NCBI RefSeq assembly: GCF_053078305.1
Contig: NZ_CP166879.1
DNA: 64,000 nucleotides
Reading direction: 5' to 3' (one strand)
Below are positions 1-12,161 of the stretch, piece by piece. Both the position numbers and the translations under genes were made by a program. The notes under the pieces are model-generated. The model was not told the DNA's origin. It did not search any database and saw nothing but the letters and a program-made list of their open reading frames with translations. Within the stretch, counting starts at the first letter, position 1; the number at the start of each line of letters is the position of its first letter.

Positions 1-1399
1 GCCATTCAGTATGGAACACACCTTCTTTATCAATGCGCTTATAAGTATGTGCACCGAAATAGTCACGCTGTGCCTGGATCAGGTTCGCAGGCAGAACAGC
101 GGCACGGTAGCTATCGTAATAGGCAACCGCAGCGGCGAAGGTCGGAACCGGGATACCGTTCTGTACTGCATAAGCAACGACATCACGCAGCGCCTGCTGG
201 TAGTCATCGGCAATTTGCTTGAAGTACGGAGCCAGCAGCAGGTTAGCGATCTGTGGATTTTCGGCATAAGCATCGGTGATTTTCTGCAAGAACTGCGCAC
301 GGATGATGCAGCCAGCACGGAAAATCTTCGCGATTTCGCCGTAGTTCAGATCCCAGTTGTACTCTTCAGACGCCGCACGCAGCTGAGAGAAGCCCTGAGC
401 GTAAGAAACGATTTTGCCCAGATACAGAGCACGACGAACTTTTTCGATGAACTCACCTTTGTCGCCAGCTGGCTGCGCTTGCGGGCCAGAGAGAACTTTA
501 GATGCGGCAACACGCTGCTCTTTCAGAGAAGAGATATAACGAGCAAACACAGACTCGGTAATCAGCGACAGTGGTTCGCCGAGATCCAGCGCGCTCTGGC
601 TGGTCCATTTACCGGTACCTTTGTTTGCTGCTTCATCCAGAATCACATCAACCAGGTAGTTACCGTCTTCATCTTTTTTGGTGAAGATATCTTTGGTGAT
701 GTCGATCAGGTAGCTGCTCAGTTCACCGTTATTCCACTCGGTAAAGGTCTGTGCCAGTTCTTCGTTAGAGAGATTCAGGCCGCCTTTCAGGAGAGAATAG
801 GCTTCAGCAATCAGTTGCATATCACCGTATTCAATACCGTTGTGAACCATCTTCACATAATGGCCTGCGCCATCAGCACCGATATAGGTAACGCACGGTT
901 CGCCATCTTCAGCAACGGCGGCGATTTTGGTCAGGATCGGCGCAACCAGTTCATAGGCTTCTTTCTGGCCACCAGGCATGATGGACGGCCCTTTCAGCGC
1001 CCCCTCTTCACCGCCGGAAACACCGGTACCGATGAAGTTAAAGCCCTCTGCTGAAAGCTCACGATTACGACGAATAGTGTCCTGGAAGAAGGTGTTACCA
1101 CCATCAATGATGATGTCACCTTTATCGAGATATGGTTTGAGGGAATCAATAGCAGCATCCGTGCCTGCACCTGCTTTCACCATTAACAGGATGCGACGAG
1201 GCGTTTCCAGAGATTCAACAAACTCTTTCACCGTATAGTAAGGAACCAGCTTCTTGCCTGGATTTTCGGCAATCACTTCTTCCGTCTTTTCACGGGAACG
1301 GTTGAAAATAGAGACGGTATAACCACGGCTTTCGATGTTGAGCGCAAGGTTGCGCCCCATCACTGCCATACCGACTACGCCGATCTGTTGCTTTGACAT
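1..1399 (-). CDS. gnd: 6-phosphogluconate dehydrogenase (decarboxylating), 3' end truncated by window edge
   Basis: Reverse complement from ATG at 1399 translates [27 protein letters not shown]..., matching Gnd; plus-strand ORF 11..1054 is its antisense shadow; about 8 nt of the 3' end lie outside the window. Confidence 0.9.
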   Translation of the reverse strand, partial: MSKQQIGVVGMAVMGRNLALNIESRGYTVSIFNRSREKTEEVIAENPGKKLVPYYTVKEFVESLETPRRILLMVKAGAGTDAAIDSLKPYLDKGDIIIDGGNTFFQDTIRRNRELSAEGFNFIGTGVSGGEEGALKGPSIMPGGQKEAYELVAPILTKIAAVAEDGEPCVTYIGADGAGHYVKMVHNGIEYGDMQLIAEAYSLLKGGLNLSNEELAQTFTEWNNGELSSYLIDITKDIFTKKDEDGNYLVDVILDEAANKGTGKWTSQSALDLGEPLSLITESVFARYISSLKEQRVAASKVLSGPQAQPAGDKGEFIEKVRRALYLGKIVSYAQGFSQLRAASEEYNWDLNYGEIAKIFRAGCIIRAQFLQKITDAYAENPQIANLLLAPYFKQIADDYQQALRDVVAYAVQNGIPVPTFAAAVAYYDSYRAAVLPANLIQAQRDYFGAHTYKRIDKEGVFHTEW

Positions 1400-1562
1400 T
1401 GTTTACTCCTGTCAGGGGGTGGTCACCGCCGAGTGTGCGGCTTAAATGTGGTATAGATGTTAACTCACTCATAGAGATGGTGAATAGCATTACCTTTGCT
1501 ATACCACACTGAATGTCTCACCTTTTCCGTCATTTAAAACTTATTTATATGAAATTACTGAA

Positions 1563-2933
1563 TTACTTGTTCAGTAACTCAAGGATAAGTTTTGTCTTTT
1601 CTTCCATCAGCGGCACATCACCGCGAGATTCCACATTCAACCGCACCACCGGTTCGGTGTTGGAGGTGCGCAGGTTAAAGCGCCAATCGGCAAAGGTCAT
1701 GCTGATGCCATCGGTGCGATCCACCGCCAGCGCCTCACGGCTAAAATGCTGTTCCACGCGGTTAATCGCCTCAACGGGTTGCGCCAGTTTGCTGTTGATC
1801 TCACCGCTTGCCGGAAACGCCGCCATCCGGTCGCGCACCAGTTCGCCCAGCGTTTTTCCTTTCAGGCACACCAGTTCGGCTACCAGCAGCCACGGGATCA
1901 TGCCGCTGTCGCAGTAAGCGAAATCACGGAAGTAATGGTGGGCGCTCATTTCGCCACCGTAGATGGCGTCCTCCTTGCGCATACGTTCTTTAATAAAGGC
2001 GTGTCCGGTTTTCGACATTACCGGGGTGCCGCCTGCGGCAGTCACCACATCAACGGTGTTCCAGGAGAGACGTGGATCGTGGATGATCTTCGCGCCGGGA
2101 TTTTTTTCGAGGAATGCTTCTGCCAGCAGACCGACAATGTAGTAGCCCTCGATAAACTGCCCTTTTTCGTCAAACAGGAAACAGCGGTCAAAATCGCCAT
2201 CAAAGGCAATGCCCATATCCGCGCCGTGTTTGATGACCGCATTACGGGTGTCGTCGCGGCATTCTGGCAGTAGCGGGTTAGGAATACCGTTGGGGAAATT
2301 GCCGTCCGGCGTGTTGTGCACTTTGATTAATTCCACGGGTGCGCCGAGGGCTTTAAAGCGGGCTTCAATGGCGTCCACTACCGGCCCCGCTGCGCCGTTC
2401 CCGGAGTTAATCACCAGCTTGAGCGGCGTGAGGTTTTTGACGTTGATATAACCGAACAGGTGATCAACGTAAGCGTCACGCAGATTGATTTGCTGATAGC
2501 GACCGCGTTTGGTTTCATCGACGGGAGGAAAGTCGTTGGCTTCTGCCAGGCGCTGGACATCGCGCAGTCCGGTATCACCGCTGATCGGGCGAGCCCCTTC
2601 GCGCACGAGTTTCATGCCGTTGTAATCCATCGGGTTATGGCTGGCGGTAACTTCGATGCCGCCATCCACGCCGAGATGGAACGTGGCGAAATAGATCTCT
2701 TCGGTGCCGGACATGCCAATATCCAGCACATCGACGCCCGCATCCTGTAAACCTTTCGCCAGCGCCAGTTTTAAGGTTTCGCTGGTGAGGCGGACATCAC
2801 CGCCTAACACAATGGTTTTCGGTTTGAGAAATTCGCCATAGGCGCGACCAATGCGCCACGCAATATCTTCATTCAGTTCTTCGCCTAATTTCCCGCGAAT
2901 ATCATAGGCTTTAAAGCAGGTTAATTTTTTCAT
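1563..2933 (-). CDS. manB: phosphomannomutase (O-antigen cluster copy)
   Basis: 456 aa [38 protein letters not shown]..., phosphomannomutase family; nearly identical to the colanic acid cpsG copy at 23896..25265 except the last ~14 codons. Confidence 0.9.
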   Translation of the reverse strand: MKKLTCFKAYDIRGKLGEELNEDIAWRIGRAYGEFLKPKTIVLGGDVRLTSETLKLALAKGLQDAGVDVLDIGMSGTEEIYFATFHLGVDGGIEVTASHNPMDYNGMKLVREGARPISGDTGLRDVQRLAEANDFPPVDETKRGRYQQINLRDAYVDHLFGYINVKNLTPLKLVINSGNGAAGPVVDAIEARFKALGAPVELIKVHNTPDGNFPNGIPNPLLPECRDDTRNAVIKHGADMGIAFDGDFDRCFLFDEKGQFIEGYYIVGLLAEAFLEKNPGAKIIHDPRLSWNTVDVVTAAGGTPVMSKTGHAFIKERMRKEDAIYGGEMSAHHYFRDFAYCDSGMIPWLLVAELVCLKGKTLGELVRDRMAAFPASGEINSKLAQPVEAINRVEQHFSREALAVDRTDGISMTFADWRFNLRTSNTEPVVRLNVESRGDVPLMEEKTKLILELLNK

Positions 2934-2957
2934 ATAAAAACCTTACCAATAATAAAA

Positions 2958-3716
2958 TTATTTATGCGCAAACAATTGCATTAGTTTTGAGATTTTTCTG
3001 ATAATGATAGCAATTTTCCAATTTACATTATGGTTTTTCATAACTTCTACAATTTCCTTTGTACTTGATATCGCGTTATCAATTCTGGTACTTTCCCCAC
3101 CCAATCTCATCTTTACAAATACTTGAGGAACATAAATAACTTTAATATCATCACGTTTCAAAATCCTGACCATCTGATCATAGTCTGCAGCAATCCTATA
3201 GGATAAATCAAAATATCCATCGTCTTTATATAATTCCCTCCTCATATAGAAAGATGGATGCGGTGGTGCCCAGCCTAATGATAGCTTAGAACGTTTAAAA
3301 GGACCACTACGCCAGTATCGTTTGATTATATCAATTTGGTTTTTTTCGAAAAAAACCAAATCACCGTATACAACATCCGCTTTTGTCTCATGGAAACGGC
3401 TTACAATAGTTTCAATAATATCAGGTCTTGCTAAAAGGTCATCAGAATGAACGAATCCAATAATATCTCCCGTAGATAAATTTATACCTTTATTTAAAGC
3501 ATCATAGATACCGTTATCGCTTTCTGATAGACATTTGGTTACTCTTGTTGATACTTCGTTAATTAGTTTTAACGTATTATCTGTAGAACCACCATCAATA
3601 ATTATATACTCTATATCTTTATAGGTTTGCAACTCTATTGACTCTAAAGTATCCCTTAAAGTCTTTTCACTATTATAAGTCACTGTAATAATACTGACTT
3701 TCATTTTAACATCCAA
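2958..3716 (-). CDS. family 2 glycosyltransferase (WcaE-like)
   Basis: 252 aa, VSIITVTYNSE...IIIDGGSTDNT motif typical of GT2; low GC; start may be the internal MKVSII Met. Confidence 0.7.
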   Translation of the reverse strand: MDVKMKVSIITVTYNSEKTLRDTLESIELQTYKDIEYIIIDGGSTDNTLKLINEVSTRVTKCLSESDNGIYDALNKGINLSTGDIIGFVHSDDLLARPDIIETIVSRFHETKADVVYGDLVFFEKNQIDIIKRYWRSGPFKRSKLSLGWAPPHPSFYMRRELYKDDGYFDLSYRIAADYDQMVRILKRDDIKVIYVPQVFVKMRLGGESTRIDNAISSTKEIVEVMKNHNVNWKIAIIIRKISKLMQLFAHK

Positions 3717-3787
3717 TAATAATCATAATTAAATAACGTCAGTACAGCATTACGAATAATAATGTTGCATTAGTATCCAGCATCATT

Positions 3788-5188
3788 TTAGATTCTAACA
3801 ACATCATCTTCATCCAAGTAGACACCTGAACGTACCTCAATAATCTCCAAAGGGATCTTTCCTGGATTCTCAATAAAATGAGGTACACCTATTGGTATAT
3901 AAGTTGATTCATTTTCAGAAACAAGAAATATTTCATCTTCATAATGGACTTTTGCTGTTCCAGAAACAACAATCCAATGCTCAGTACGATGGTAATGAAT
4001 CTGTTTAGCAGTTTTATGTCCAGGATGAATAACGACATGTTTAACCTCAAATCGAGATCCTTCCGCTATAGAGTCATGACTGCCCCATGGCCTAAATATT
4101 TCACGATGCTGCAGATATTCCGTACGGTTATTAACTTTAAGTTTTTCTACAATATTTTTTACCTGTTGAACTTTATCTTTATGCGCAACGAGAATAGCAT
4201 CTTTAGTTTCAACAACTACTAAATCTTTAACTCCTACTACACCAATTAATCTATGTTGTGAGTAAAGATAACTGTCAGAAGAATCATGAATTAATACATC
4301 TCCTCTAATTGCATTTCCACTTTTATCTTTTCTGCTAATTTCCCATAATGCAGACCAAGAACCAACATCGCTCCAGTGGGCATTTAATGGAACTACCACA
4401 GCCTCTGTTGTTTTCTCCATAACAGCGTAATCAATGGATTCTTCAGGGCAACAACTAAATGAGTCATTATCTATACGGATAAAATCAAGATCTTGTGTAG
4501 AGGACTTCAATGCTTGTTGGCATATTTTTAGTATGTCTGGTCTAAATTTATTCAACTCATCAATAAACACAGAAGCCCTAAACATGAATATTCCACTATT
4601 CCAAAGATAATCTCCATCTTCAAGATATTTTTTGGCCACATCTAGCTCAGGCTTTTCAACAAAAGCAGAAACTTTAAAACCATATTCATTTAAATTTTCT
4701 CCGGTTTTTATGTAGCCATATCCAGTTTCGGGTTTGGTTGGCACAATACCAAAAGTTACCAGCTTACCTTCCTCTGCAAATTCTTTTGCAGCCAATATTG
4801 ACGATATAAAGCGCTTTTGGTCTTGTATTTCATGATCGGCTGCTAGTACAAGCAGTATTGGATCCTCACCTGATGAAATTGCTTTAAGAGCAGCAAGCGC
4901 AACTGCGGGGGCTGTATTACGACCTATCGGCTCTAGTAAAATGCCACTATTCGCTAAATTTACATTACGCATCTGTTCTGCAACGATAAAACGATGAACT
5001 TCATTACAAATAACCAGAGCAGGACGATGTTCAACCCCTTCAAGCCTTCTTAAGGTCTCTTGTAGCATAGTCAAACGACTAGTTAACGATAGGAATTGCT
5101 TCGGATATAGTGTTCGAGAAAGTGGCCACAATCTAGTTCCAGAACCACCGGCCATTACAACAGGAAGTAGCATATAAATAACCTTCAC
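3788..5188 (-). CDS. manC: mannose-1-phosphate guanylyltransferase (O-antigen cluster copy)
   Basis: 466 aa, [19 protein letters not shown]-terminus and C-terminal cupin-like region as in CpsB/ManC; GTG start overlapping the gmm stop (GTGA). Confidence 0.9.
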   Translation of the reverse strand: MKVIYMLLPVVMAGGSGTRLWPLSRTLYPKQFLSLTSRLTMLQETLRRLEGVEHRPALVICNEVHRFIVAEQMRNVNLANSGILLEPIGRNTAPAVALAALKAISSGEDPILLVLAADHEIQDQKRFISSILAAKEFAEEGKLVTFGIVPTKPETGYGYIKTGENLNEYGFKVSAFVEKPELDVAKKYLEDGDYLWNSGIFMFRASVFIDELNKFRPDILKICQQALKSSTQDLDFIRIDNDSFSCCPEESIDYAVMEKTTEAVVVPLNAHWSDVGSWSALWEISRKDKSGNAIRGDVLIHDSSDSYLYSQHRLIGVVGVKDLVVVETKDAILVAHKDKVQQVKNIVEKLKVNNRTEYLQHREIFRPWGSHDSIAEGSRFEVKHVVIHPGHKTAKQIHYHRTEHWIVVSGTAKVHYEDEIFLVSENESTYIPIGVPHFIENPGKIPLEIIEVRSGVYLDEDDVVRI

Positions 5189-5640
5189 TTAAAATAATTT
5201 TTTGTGTACTGATGAACTGAGGAATTAGCTAACAATTCGGCTATATCGAACCAATTGTAAGTACTATGTTGTAGTGTTGGATAGTTAATTTGATGTGGCA
5301 TCAAACTAATCTCATATCCGTGTACGACATAATGAGTTGAAAAACAAGTCCCAGAAAAATTGTCGCTGTAGAAATGTTCATAAATCCCAAGAAATTTTGC
5401 TTCATTAATGCTAATTTGAACACCCAATTCTTCAAAAGTAACTCTTTTGAATGCGTTCTCGAAAGACTCATCTTTAAGAATCCGTCCCCCCGGCACAAAC
5501 CAATAATTTTGTGCTGGACGATTAAGGCGCTGACCAAGCAGCGCCTTACCATCTTCGTTTCTTATAATAAGGTCTATCGAGATTAGTGGAGTATGTTCAA
5601 CTATTGATTTAAATAACTCTGTTTCTAATCTCTTGTTCAA
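5185..5640 (-). CDS. gmm: GDP-mannose mannosyl hydrolase (Nudix)
   Basis: 151 aa, paralogous to the colanic acid Gmm/WcaH at 28117..28599; conserved position between fcl and manC. Confidence 0.8.
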   Translation of the reverse strand: MNKRLETELFKSIVEHTPLISIDLIIRNEDGKALLGQRLNRPAQNYWFVPGGRILKDESFENAFKRVTFEELGVQISINEAKFLGIYEHFYSDNFSGTCFSTHYVVHGYEISLMPHQINYPTLQHSTYNWFDIAELLANSSVHQYTKNYFK

Positions 5641-5642
5641 TA

Positions 5643-6608
5643 TTAACTCCTAAATGAGTCAAGATTATTTATAAACCATTTATATGTTAATTCTAGTCCT
5701 TGTTTTAAATTATAACGATATTTCCAACCCAAATTCTCAAGGCGTGTAACATCCATAAGTTTACGAGGCGAACCATCTGGTTTTGTTATATCAAAAACAA
5801 TTTTTCCATCATAGCCAACAACTAAAGCCATTGTTTCTGCCATTTCACGTATGGAACAATCAACACCAGTACCTACGTTAATATGAGATAACATTGGTTG
5901 AGTATTTTTTTTATAAATTTCATCATCAAGCTCCATCACATATACTGATGCAGCTGCCATATCATCAACATATAAAAACTCGCGTTTTGGAGTTCCCGTT
6001 CCCCAGACAACCACTTCATTTAAACCAAGTTCCTTTGCTTCATGAAAACGCCGCATAAGCGCTGGAATTACATGTGAGTTATTGGGATGAAAATTATCAT
6101 TCATACCATATAAGTTAGTAGGCATTACACTGCGATAATCACATCCATATTGGCGATTATAAGATTCACATAGCTTTATACCTGCTATTTTGGAAATAGC
6201 ATAAGGCTCATTAGTAGGCTCAAGAGTTCCCGTCAAAAGTGCAGATTCTTTCATTGGCTGTTCTGCAAACTTTGGATAGATACAACTTGACCCTAAGAAT
6301 AATAGTTTCTTTATGCCCGCTTTGTAAGATGAGTGAATAATATTGCTTTCAATAAGAAGGTTCTGATAAATAAATTCAGCTGGAAAAGTGTTATTAGCAT
6401 GAATTCCTCCTACTTTTGCTGCTGCAAGGTAAACCTGATCTATTCTCTCTTGCTCAAAAAAACATTCAACATCCTTTTGAACTGTCAAATCGAGTTCTTT
6501 GTGAGTTTTGACAATTAACTCAACATCATTACGTGCTAATAATTGACGACAAATAGCAGAACCAACCATCCCACGATGTCCAGCCACAAAAATTCGCTTC
6601 TTGGTCAT
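5643..6608 (-). CDS. fcl: GDP-L-fucose synthase
   Basis: 321 aa, [19 protein letters not shown]..., strong similarity to WcaG/Fcl copy at 28599..29564. Confidence 0.9.
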   Translation of the reverse strand: MTKKRIFVAGHRGMVGSAICRQLLARNDVELIVKTHKELDLTVQKDVECFFEQERIDQVYLAAAKVGGIHANNTFPAEFIYQNLLIESNIIHSSYKAGIKKLLFLGSSCIYPKFAEQPMKESALLTGTLEPTNEPYAISKIAGIKLCESYNRQYGCDYRSVMPTNLYGMNDNFHPNNSHVIPALMRRFHEAKELGLNEVVVWGTGTPKREFLYVDDMAAASVYVMELDDEIYKKNTQPMLSHINVGTGVDCSIREMAETMALVVGYDGKIVFDITKPDGSPRKLMDVTRLENLGWKYRYNLKQGLELTYKWFINNLDSFRS

Positions 6609-6611
6609 ACT

Positions 6612-7733
6612 TTAACGCTCCAAAGAGACTGCCACGTCAAAACCATGGCTTTTAAGAAGTGCATGCTGTTTAGCTTTTTCTAAATCACTAGCCACCATTT
6701 CTGCACACATTTCTTCAACTGTAATCTCTGGCTCCCAACCCAAGACATTTTTTGCTTTTGTTGGATCACCAAGAAGAGTTTCAACTTCTGCTGGTCGAAA
6801 ATAACGAGGGTCAACGCGAACAATAACATCACCAATATTAACACCAACGGCGCAATCTGATGTTTTATTTACAACAAATGCAATCTCATCAACACCAGTA
6901 CCGGAAAACTCAAGTTCAAGTCCAACTTCTTTAGCAGACATACGGACAAATTCACGTACAGATATTTGTTTGCCGGTAGCAATAACAAAGTCTTCTGGCT
7001 GGTCTTGTTGAAGCATCATCCATTGCATACGAACATAATCTTTCGCATGCCCCCAATCACGTAAAGAATCCATGTTGCCAAGATATAAGCATTTTTCTAT
7101 TCCCTGCGAAATATTAGCTATAGCACGTGTGATTTTACGTGTTACAAACGTTTCCCCACGACGTGGGGATTCATGATTGAACAAAATACCGTTACATGCA
7201 TACATTCCATAAGATTCACGATAGTTTACAGTGATCCAATATGCATACAGTTTAGCTACGGCATAAGGTGAACGAGGATAGAACGGCGTTGTCTCTTTTT
7301 GTGGAACTTCCTGAACTAATCCATACAATTCAGAGGTTGACGCCTGATAAAATCGGGTTTTTTTTTCTAATCCCAAAAAACGAATAGCTTCCAATAATCG
7401 TAAAGTACCTATAGCATCAACATCAGCTGTATATTCTGGGGATTCGAAGGAAACAGCTACGTGACTCATTGCGCCAAGATTATAAACTTCATCAGGTTGA
7501 ACTTCAGATAATATCCGAGTCAAATTAGAAGTATCTGTTAAATCACCATAATGAAGTTGTAATTTTAAATTACGATGGTGTGGGTCTTGATATATATGAT
7601 CAATACGGTCAGTATTAAACAAGGAAGATCGACGTTTTATTCCATGAACCTCATAGCCTTTTTTAAGCAGAAATTCTGCCAAGTAGGAACCATCTTGCCC
7701 GGTAATTCCTGTAATTAAAGCTTTCTTACACAT
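6612..7733 (-). CDS. gmd: GDP-mannose 4,6-dehydratase
   Basis: 373 aa, [19 protein letters not shown]..., about 85 percent identical by eye to the colanic acid gmd reading frame. Confidence 0.9.
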   Translation of the reverse strand: MCKKALITGITGQDGSYLAEFLLKKGYEVHGIKRRSSLFNTDRIDHIYQDPHHRNLKLQLHYGDLTDTSNLTRILSEVQPDEVYNLGAMSHVAVSFESPEYTADVDAIGTLRLLEAIRFLGLEKKTRFYQASTSELYGLVQEVPQKETTPFYPRSPYAVAKLYAYWITVNYRESYGMYACNGILFNHESPRRGETFVTRKITRAIANISQGIEKCLYLGNMDSLRDWGHAKDYVRMQWMMLQQDQPEDFVIATGKQISVREFVRMSAKEVGLELEFSGTGVDEIAFVVNKTSDCAVGVNIGDVIVRVDPRYFRPAEVETLLGDPTKAKNVLGWEPEITVEEMCAEMVASDLEKAKQHALLKSHGFDVAVSLER

Positions 7734-7743
7734 AAATAACCTC

Positions 7744-8751
7744 TCAAAACTTAGATAGTGATTTATATAGATTATATGTTTCGGAGAAACACTTCCCCCA
7801 TGAAAATTTATTAGATTGCGCTAATCCTTTATTTTTTAATTCATTAGCGTTAGCTTCTACACTTAATAAAGCTGAGAATAAACTTTCAATTGATACTTCT
7901 TCGACTAAAATCGCACTATCCCCCACAACCTCGGGTATTGATGATCTATTTACGGCTATCACAGGACAGCCAGTTCGCATAGCCTCAAGCAAGGGAATTC
8001 CAAACCCTTCATATTCTGAAGGATAGATTAAGCAATAAGCCGAATTATATAATATATTTAGTTTTTCATTTGATACCTTCCCTAAGTACTGGAATCTTTC
8101 TGGAAGATATTCAGATAGTAACTTCATTTCTGCTTTATTTAAACCACCTCCGCCGACTATTTTAAGATTAGTATCAAAAAGTTTAGAAACGGCTTTAACT
8201 GCAAGTTCAAAATTTTTATATCCTGAACGAGCACCGACAAAAAGCACAAAATTTTCTTTTTCTAGATTTAAGTGTCTATAATCTTCCGATACACCATTAT
8301 GAATAACATGTATCTTTTTTTCATCAACCTTAAAGAAATTAATTAAATCCTTGGCTGTATTATTAGAGACACAAATGATTGCATCGCTATTTTTCACAGC
8401 CCATCTTTTTTGTAAGCTATGAACATTGCGCCGAAGTCCTTTCATATACAATTCATATGTGAAATCGTGGACCGTGGTCACAACCGCATATTCCCCATCT
8501 TTCGGAACCCGATAATATGTAGAATGAAATATACTGTAATCTGAATCACTTTTTAATGCTTCAAAACATCTATATCGTTCTAAAAACCGGCATGGCCGAT
8601 GGAGATCATCATTGTGATTTTCATTTTTATCATTAAATTGAATGAATTTGTATTCATCATTTTTTAATCTCTTAATGATTTCTTCAAAGTATACAGTGAT
8701 ACCACCATATGATTGTAAACTTTTCACAATCCCATCATATAATATTTTCAT
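7744..8751 (-). CDS. family 4 (GT1-fold) glycosyltransferase
   Basis: 335 aa with [21 protein letters not shown] retaining-GT motif; low GC. Confidence 0.7.
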   Translation of the reverse strand: MKILYDGIVKSLQSYGGITVYFEEIIKRLKNDEYKFIQFNDKNENHNDDLHRPCRFLERYRCFEALKSDSDYSIFHSTYYRVPKDGEYAVVTTVHDFTYELYMKGLRRNVHSLQKRWAVKNSDAIICVSNNTAKDLINFFKVDEKKIHVIHNGVSEDYRHLNLEKENFVLFVGARSGYKNFELAVKAVSKLFDTNLKIVGGGGLNKAEMKLLSEYLPERFQYLGKVSNEKLNILYNSAYCLIYPSEYEGFGIPLLEAMRTGCPVIAVNRSSIPEVVGDSAILVEEVSIESLFSALLSVEANANELKNKGLAQSNKFSWGKCFSETYNLYKSLSKF

Positions 8752-8819
8752 TTTTTATTTTCATATATACAGATAACAATACAGTAAGCAATGAAATGGA
8801 TGATTATAATTGTTTCAAT

Positions 8820-9836
8820 TTACTCTTTATATCCATTTGGATTCATTGTTTGCCATCTCCATGCATCTTCCACCATATTATTAAGAGTCCTTTTAGCAAC
8901 CCAACTTAGCTGCTCGTTTGCTAAGGAAGGATCGGACCAACATTCAGCCACATCTCCATTTCGCTCAGAAACGATACGGAAAGGTATATCGCGTCCTGTT
9001 TCCAGTTTAAAAGCGTCGATGATATCTAACACACTATAACCTTGACCAGTGCCTAAATTAAAAACTTTAAGCCCCCGGTTTCTATTGAGATTTTTTAAAG
9101 CGGCAAGATGCCCCTCAACTAAATCGACTACATGGATATAATCTCTTACACCTGTTCCATCTTTTGTCATATATTTATTACCAAAAACATTTAGATAGGG
9201 TAATTTTCCAATTGCGACTTGCGCAACATAGGGAAACAGGTTATTAGGAGTTCCTAAAGGATCTTCTCCAATTAATCCAGTCTCATGAGCACCTACAGGA
9301 TTAAAATATCTTAGTATTGTGATATTTGCGTCGCTATTCGCGTTACAAAAATCACGCAATATATGTTCCACCATAAACTTTGAACGACCGTACGGATTGA
9401 TCACCTCACCGACAGGGTGTTTTTCAGATATTGGAACATAATGAGGATTGCCATAGACAGTAGCAGACGAACTAAAAATTAGATTAGAAATATTCGCTTT
9501 CTGCATTTCATCAAGTAATATTAGAGTCCCCAAAAGATTTGTGTCGTAATATTCTAATGGTTTTTTAATGGACTCGTTAACAGATTTTAAACCCGCAAAA
9601 TGCATTACAGTAGAAACATTATATTTTGAAAAGATATTTTTTAATATATGTCTATCTCTAATATCACCACGTAATTTTTTTATCTTAGATAAGCAAATTT
9701 CCTCTACTCGTTCTAGAGATTTTGGAGAGGAATTGCAATAATTATCTAGCGATATAACATCATATCCATTTTGCAATAAAGTTAATATAGCATGTGAGCC
9801 AATATAGCCAGCCCCACCAGTCACAAGTATGCTCAT
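8820..9836 (-). CDS. GalE-family UDP-hexose 4-epimerase (possible UDP-GlcNAc 4-epimerase)
   Basis: 338 aa, MSILVTGGAGYIGSH Rossmann motif and YGRSK catalytic motif of the short-chain dehydrogenase/epimerase family. Confidence 0.8.
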   Translation of the reverse strand: MSILVTGGAGYIGSHAILTLLQNGYDVISLDNYCNSSPKSLERVEEICLSKIKKLRGDIRDRHILKNIFSKYNVSTVMHFAGLKSVNESIKKPLEYYDTNLLGTLILLDEMQKANISNLIFSSSATVYGNPHYVPISEKHPVGEVINPYGRSKFMVEHILRDFCNANSDANITILRYFNPVGAHETGLIGEDPLGTPNNLFPYVAQVAIGKLPYLNVFGNKYMTKDGTGVRDYIHVVDLVEGHLAALKNLNRNRGLKVFNLGTGQGYSVLDIIDAFKLETGRDIPFRIVSERNGDVAECWSDPSLANEQLSWVAKRTLNNMVEDAWRWQTMNPNGYKE

Positions 9837-9856
9837 ACTTTAATAGCTCCAATACC

Positions 9857-10924
9857 TTAATTTTCTTGACTATTGGCTCGATTGATCAAACTCATCCACT
9901 GAGCACTAACTATTTCTTCTGAATAATGTCTATTCACGAATAGGAATCCTGCATTTCCGTGTTCGGTTCGTTTAACATTATCTTCAAAGTAAGTTAGTTT
10001 TTCCTGAAATTCAATTTGAGATTGACACACAAATCCGCCACCCGATGAAGAAATCACGCTACTTGTCCCTCCAGATATATCCATTGAAATTACAGGTAAT
10101 CCGTAGGACATAGCTTCAAGTATTGTAACAGGAAAACATTCAAAGTATGAACCGGATACAAAAACATCACTTTTTGCCAAAAAAACATCTGTGTTTAAAC
10201 TCGGCCCATGAAAGTGTATTTGGTTGTTATTCTTATATTTAGATTTGAGATACTCCAGCTCTTGACCACCTCCTACAATGTGTAAAACATACTTTTTTGT
10301 AGACGGGTGATTTATTACTGCATTAATTAACCTTTGAACTCCTTTATCTTTAACAATCCGACCAATATAAATCAAATCAAGAGTTTCTTTTCCTTGATGT
10401 ATGCGCTTATATTTTTGCTTTTTGATTGAATTTGGTATAATTACAACCCTTTTACAAAAACTAAACTTATCTTTTTCCTTGTGAGAATTACAAACTACTA
10501 CAGCTTTTTTATTAAGAGACAAAAGAAATTTAAATACTTTTCTCCAAAAAATACTATTCTTGTCAAATGGATAATGTTCCCAGCAAATAATTTTATTCTT
10601 ATTATACCGAAAAAAACCAATCAATAACAATAATGATGATGTAGCTATATCCGTGGAAATTATTAATTCAAGGTCTTTACTTTTGGCACTCAAAAAAAAC
10701 AAATATTTAATGTAAAACCTTAATTTGCTTTCTTCATATGCAGTATTGTCTTGGAATAAGTAGTTTTTCCGATTATCTTCTCTAACTTGTATCTCTTGTG
10801 CGTTTATTGCTGAAAAACATCTCACTTGTAGGCTGTTTTTAGTTAATATATCAATTAGATTTTCAACTGCTTTCTCAGTGCCACCTATTTTATTTTTATA
10901 CAGCTTAAAGACTCCAATGGACAT
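9857..10924 (-). CDS. family 4 (GT1-fold) glycosyltransferase
   Basis: 355 aa, C-terminal FECFPVTILEAMSYGLPVIS motif; low GC. Confidence 0.65.
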   Translation of the reverse strand: MSIGVFKLYKNKIGGTEKAVENLIDILTKNSLQVRCFSAINAQEIQVREDNRKNYLFQDNTAYEESKLRFYIKYLFFLSAKSKDLELIISTDIATSSLLLLIGFFRYNKNKIICWEHYPFDKNSIFWRKVFKFLLSLNKKAVVVCNSHKEKDKFSFCKRVVIIPNSIKKQKYKRIHQGKETLDLIYIGRIVKDKGVQRLINAVINHPSTKKYVLHIVGGGQELEYLKSKYKNNNQIHFHGPSLNTDVFLAKSDVFVSGSYFECFPVTILEAMSYGLPVISMDISGGTSSVISSSGGGFVCQSQIEFQEKLTYFEDNVKRTEHGNAGFLFVNRHYSEEIVSAQWMSLINRANSQEN

Positions 10925-10925
10925 T

Positions 10926-12161
10926 TTATTGACTCACTCTTATATATTCTGCTGATTTAACTTCTTTATTGAATAGGAATAATGAGGGCTTATACAATAT
11001 ATCGCACCAAGACACATAAATAATATCTTTACCCATATTTGCCTGTGCCAAATTTATGATTGAACATGCGGCAATGAGTATTAAGAAGATCAGATGCTTA
11101 CATAGTTTGCTAATTTTATTAATATCGTAGGAGAAAAATATATAACTATATAATAACACCCAGAAAATGGAAAATCGATAAAATAAATCAGGCGATAACG
11201 ATAAAAGGCATATCAGCAAAAGAAGTAAACTGCAAAAATTTTTGATTTGTGACTCTTGCCTCGTCATTTTTTTATTAAATAAAATTAAATAGATAAAAGT
11301 AAAAATAAAAAACACTGACGGTAATATGATCTTATTCAAGATATATTCATTAGTGCTCAGCAAGCTATTGCTTATGCCTATGGTTACAGAGTCCATATAT
11401 TCGGGAAAGTAAAAACCTAAGCTTTCCAATAATGGCCTAATCAATTGAAATAGCAAAGAAGATATTAATCCATCATGGTTAAGGATTAGAACTAATATTA
11501 TTAAATACAATATTGTTTTGTTAAGTCTTATTAATTTGCTGACAAAAAAAACACCTAGCAATAGTATTGCGCTGGGATGAATACAACATGAAATAATTGC
11601 AAAAAATATAATTTTTTGTGACTTATACCTATTATTTTCACTGGTGAAATACTGTATAATCATATAAAGCATAATACTAAATGCAAGATATTGCCGCAAT
11701 GAACTAGCTATAGCAAAAAATGGGATTACGCTTATTAGAATATATAAATATATACATCTATGAGATAATTCCGGATTGTATTTTTTAATGTAATTAACAT
11801 ATATATTAAAATAAAAAATATATGATAAAAATGTTGAAAAAAAAGGTAAAAATTCTTTTTTTATTCCTAAAGATTTAAATAAATAAATAACAGTATTTAT
11901 TGTAATATATCTATTGTCACTATTTTCAAAAACTTTGTTTAGTGATGTTTGACTAACATATAAATATGTTTCATAATGCCTAGTCAAATCCCAATTTTCA
12001 TAAGGTATTAACAAAAATGCTAGTACCCCTAGCATAAATGAACATACATAAACACTCCATCTGGCCCCATTAATCATTTCAATCATTGCTAATAATAAAG
12101 CAAGAGGCAAATAAATTATTGAAATAAATGAAGCACTAATTTTTATGTTTCTATTAATCAT
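10926..12161 (-). CDS. wzy: O-antigen polymerase (multi-pass membrane protein)
   Basis: 411 aa, highly hydrophobic, AT-rich, no soluble domain, position inside O-antigen cluster. Confidence 0.6.
   Translation of the reverse strand: MINRNIKISASFISIIYLPLALLLAMIEMINGARWSVYVCSFMLGVLAFLLIPYENWDLTRHYETYLYVSQTSLNKVFENSDNRYITINTVIYLFKSLGIKKEFLPFFSTFLSYIFYFNIYVNYIKKYNPELSHRCIYLYILISVIPFFAIASSLRQYLAFSIMLYMIIQYFTSENNRYKSQKIIFFAIISCCIHPSAILLLGVFFVSKLIRLNKTILYLIILVLILNHDGLISSLLFQLIRPLLESLGFYFPEYMDSVTIGISNSLLSTNEYILNKIILPSVFFIFTFIYLILFNKKMTRQESQIKNFCSLLLLLICLLSLSPDLFYRFSIFWVLLYSYIFFSYDINKISKLCKHLIFLILIAACSIINLAQANMGKDIIYVSWCDILYKPSLFLFNKEVKSAEYIRVSQ

Noticed and set aside
11..1054. 347 aa plus-strand ORF at the window start
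   Set aside because: It is the antisense frame of gnd; the minus strand encodes a recognisable Gnd over the same span.
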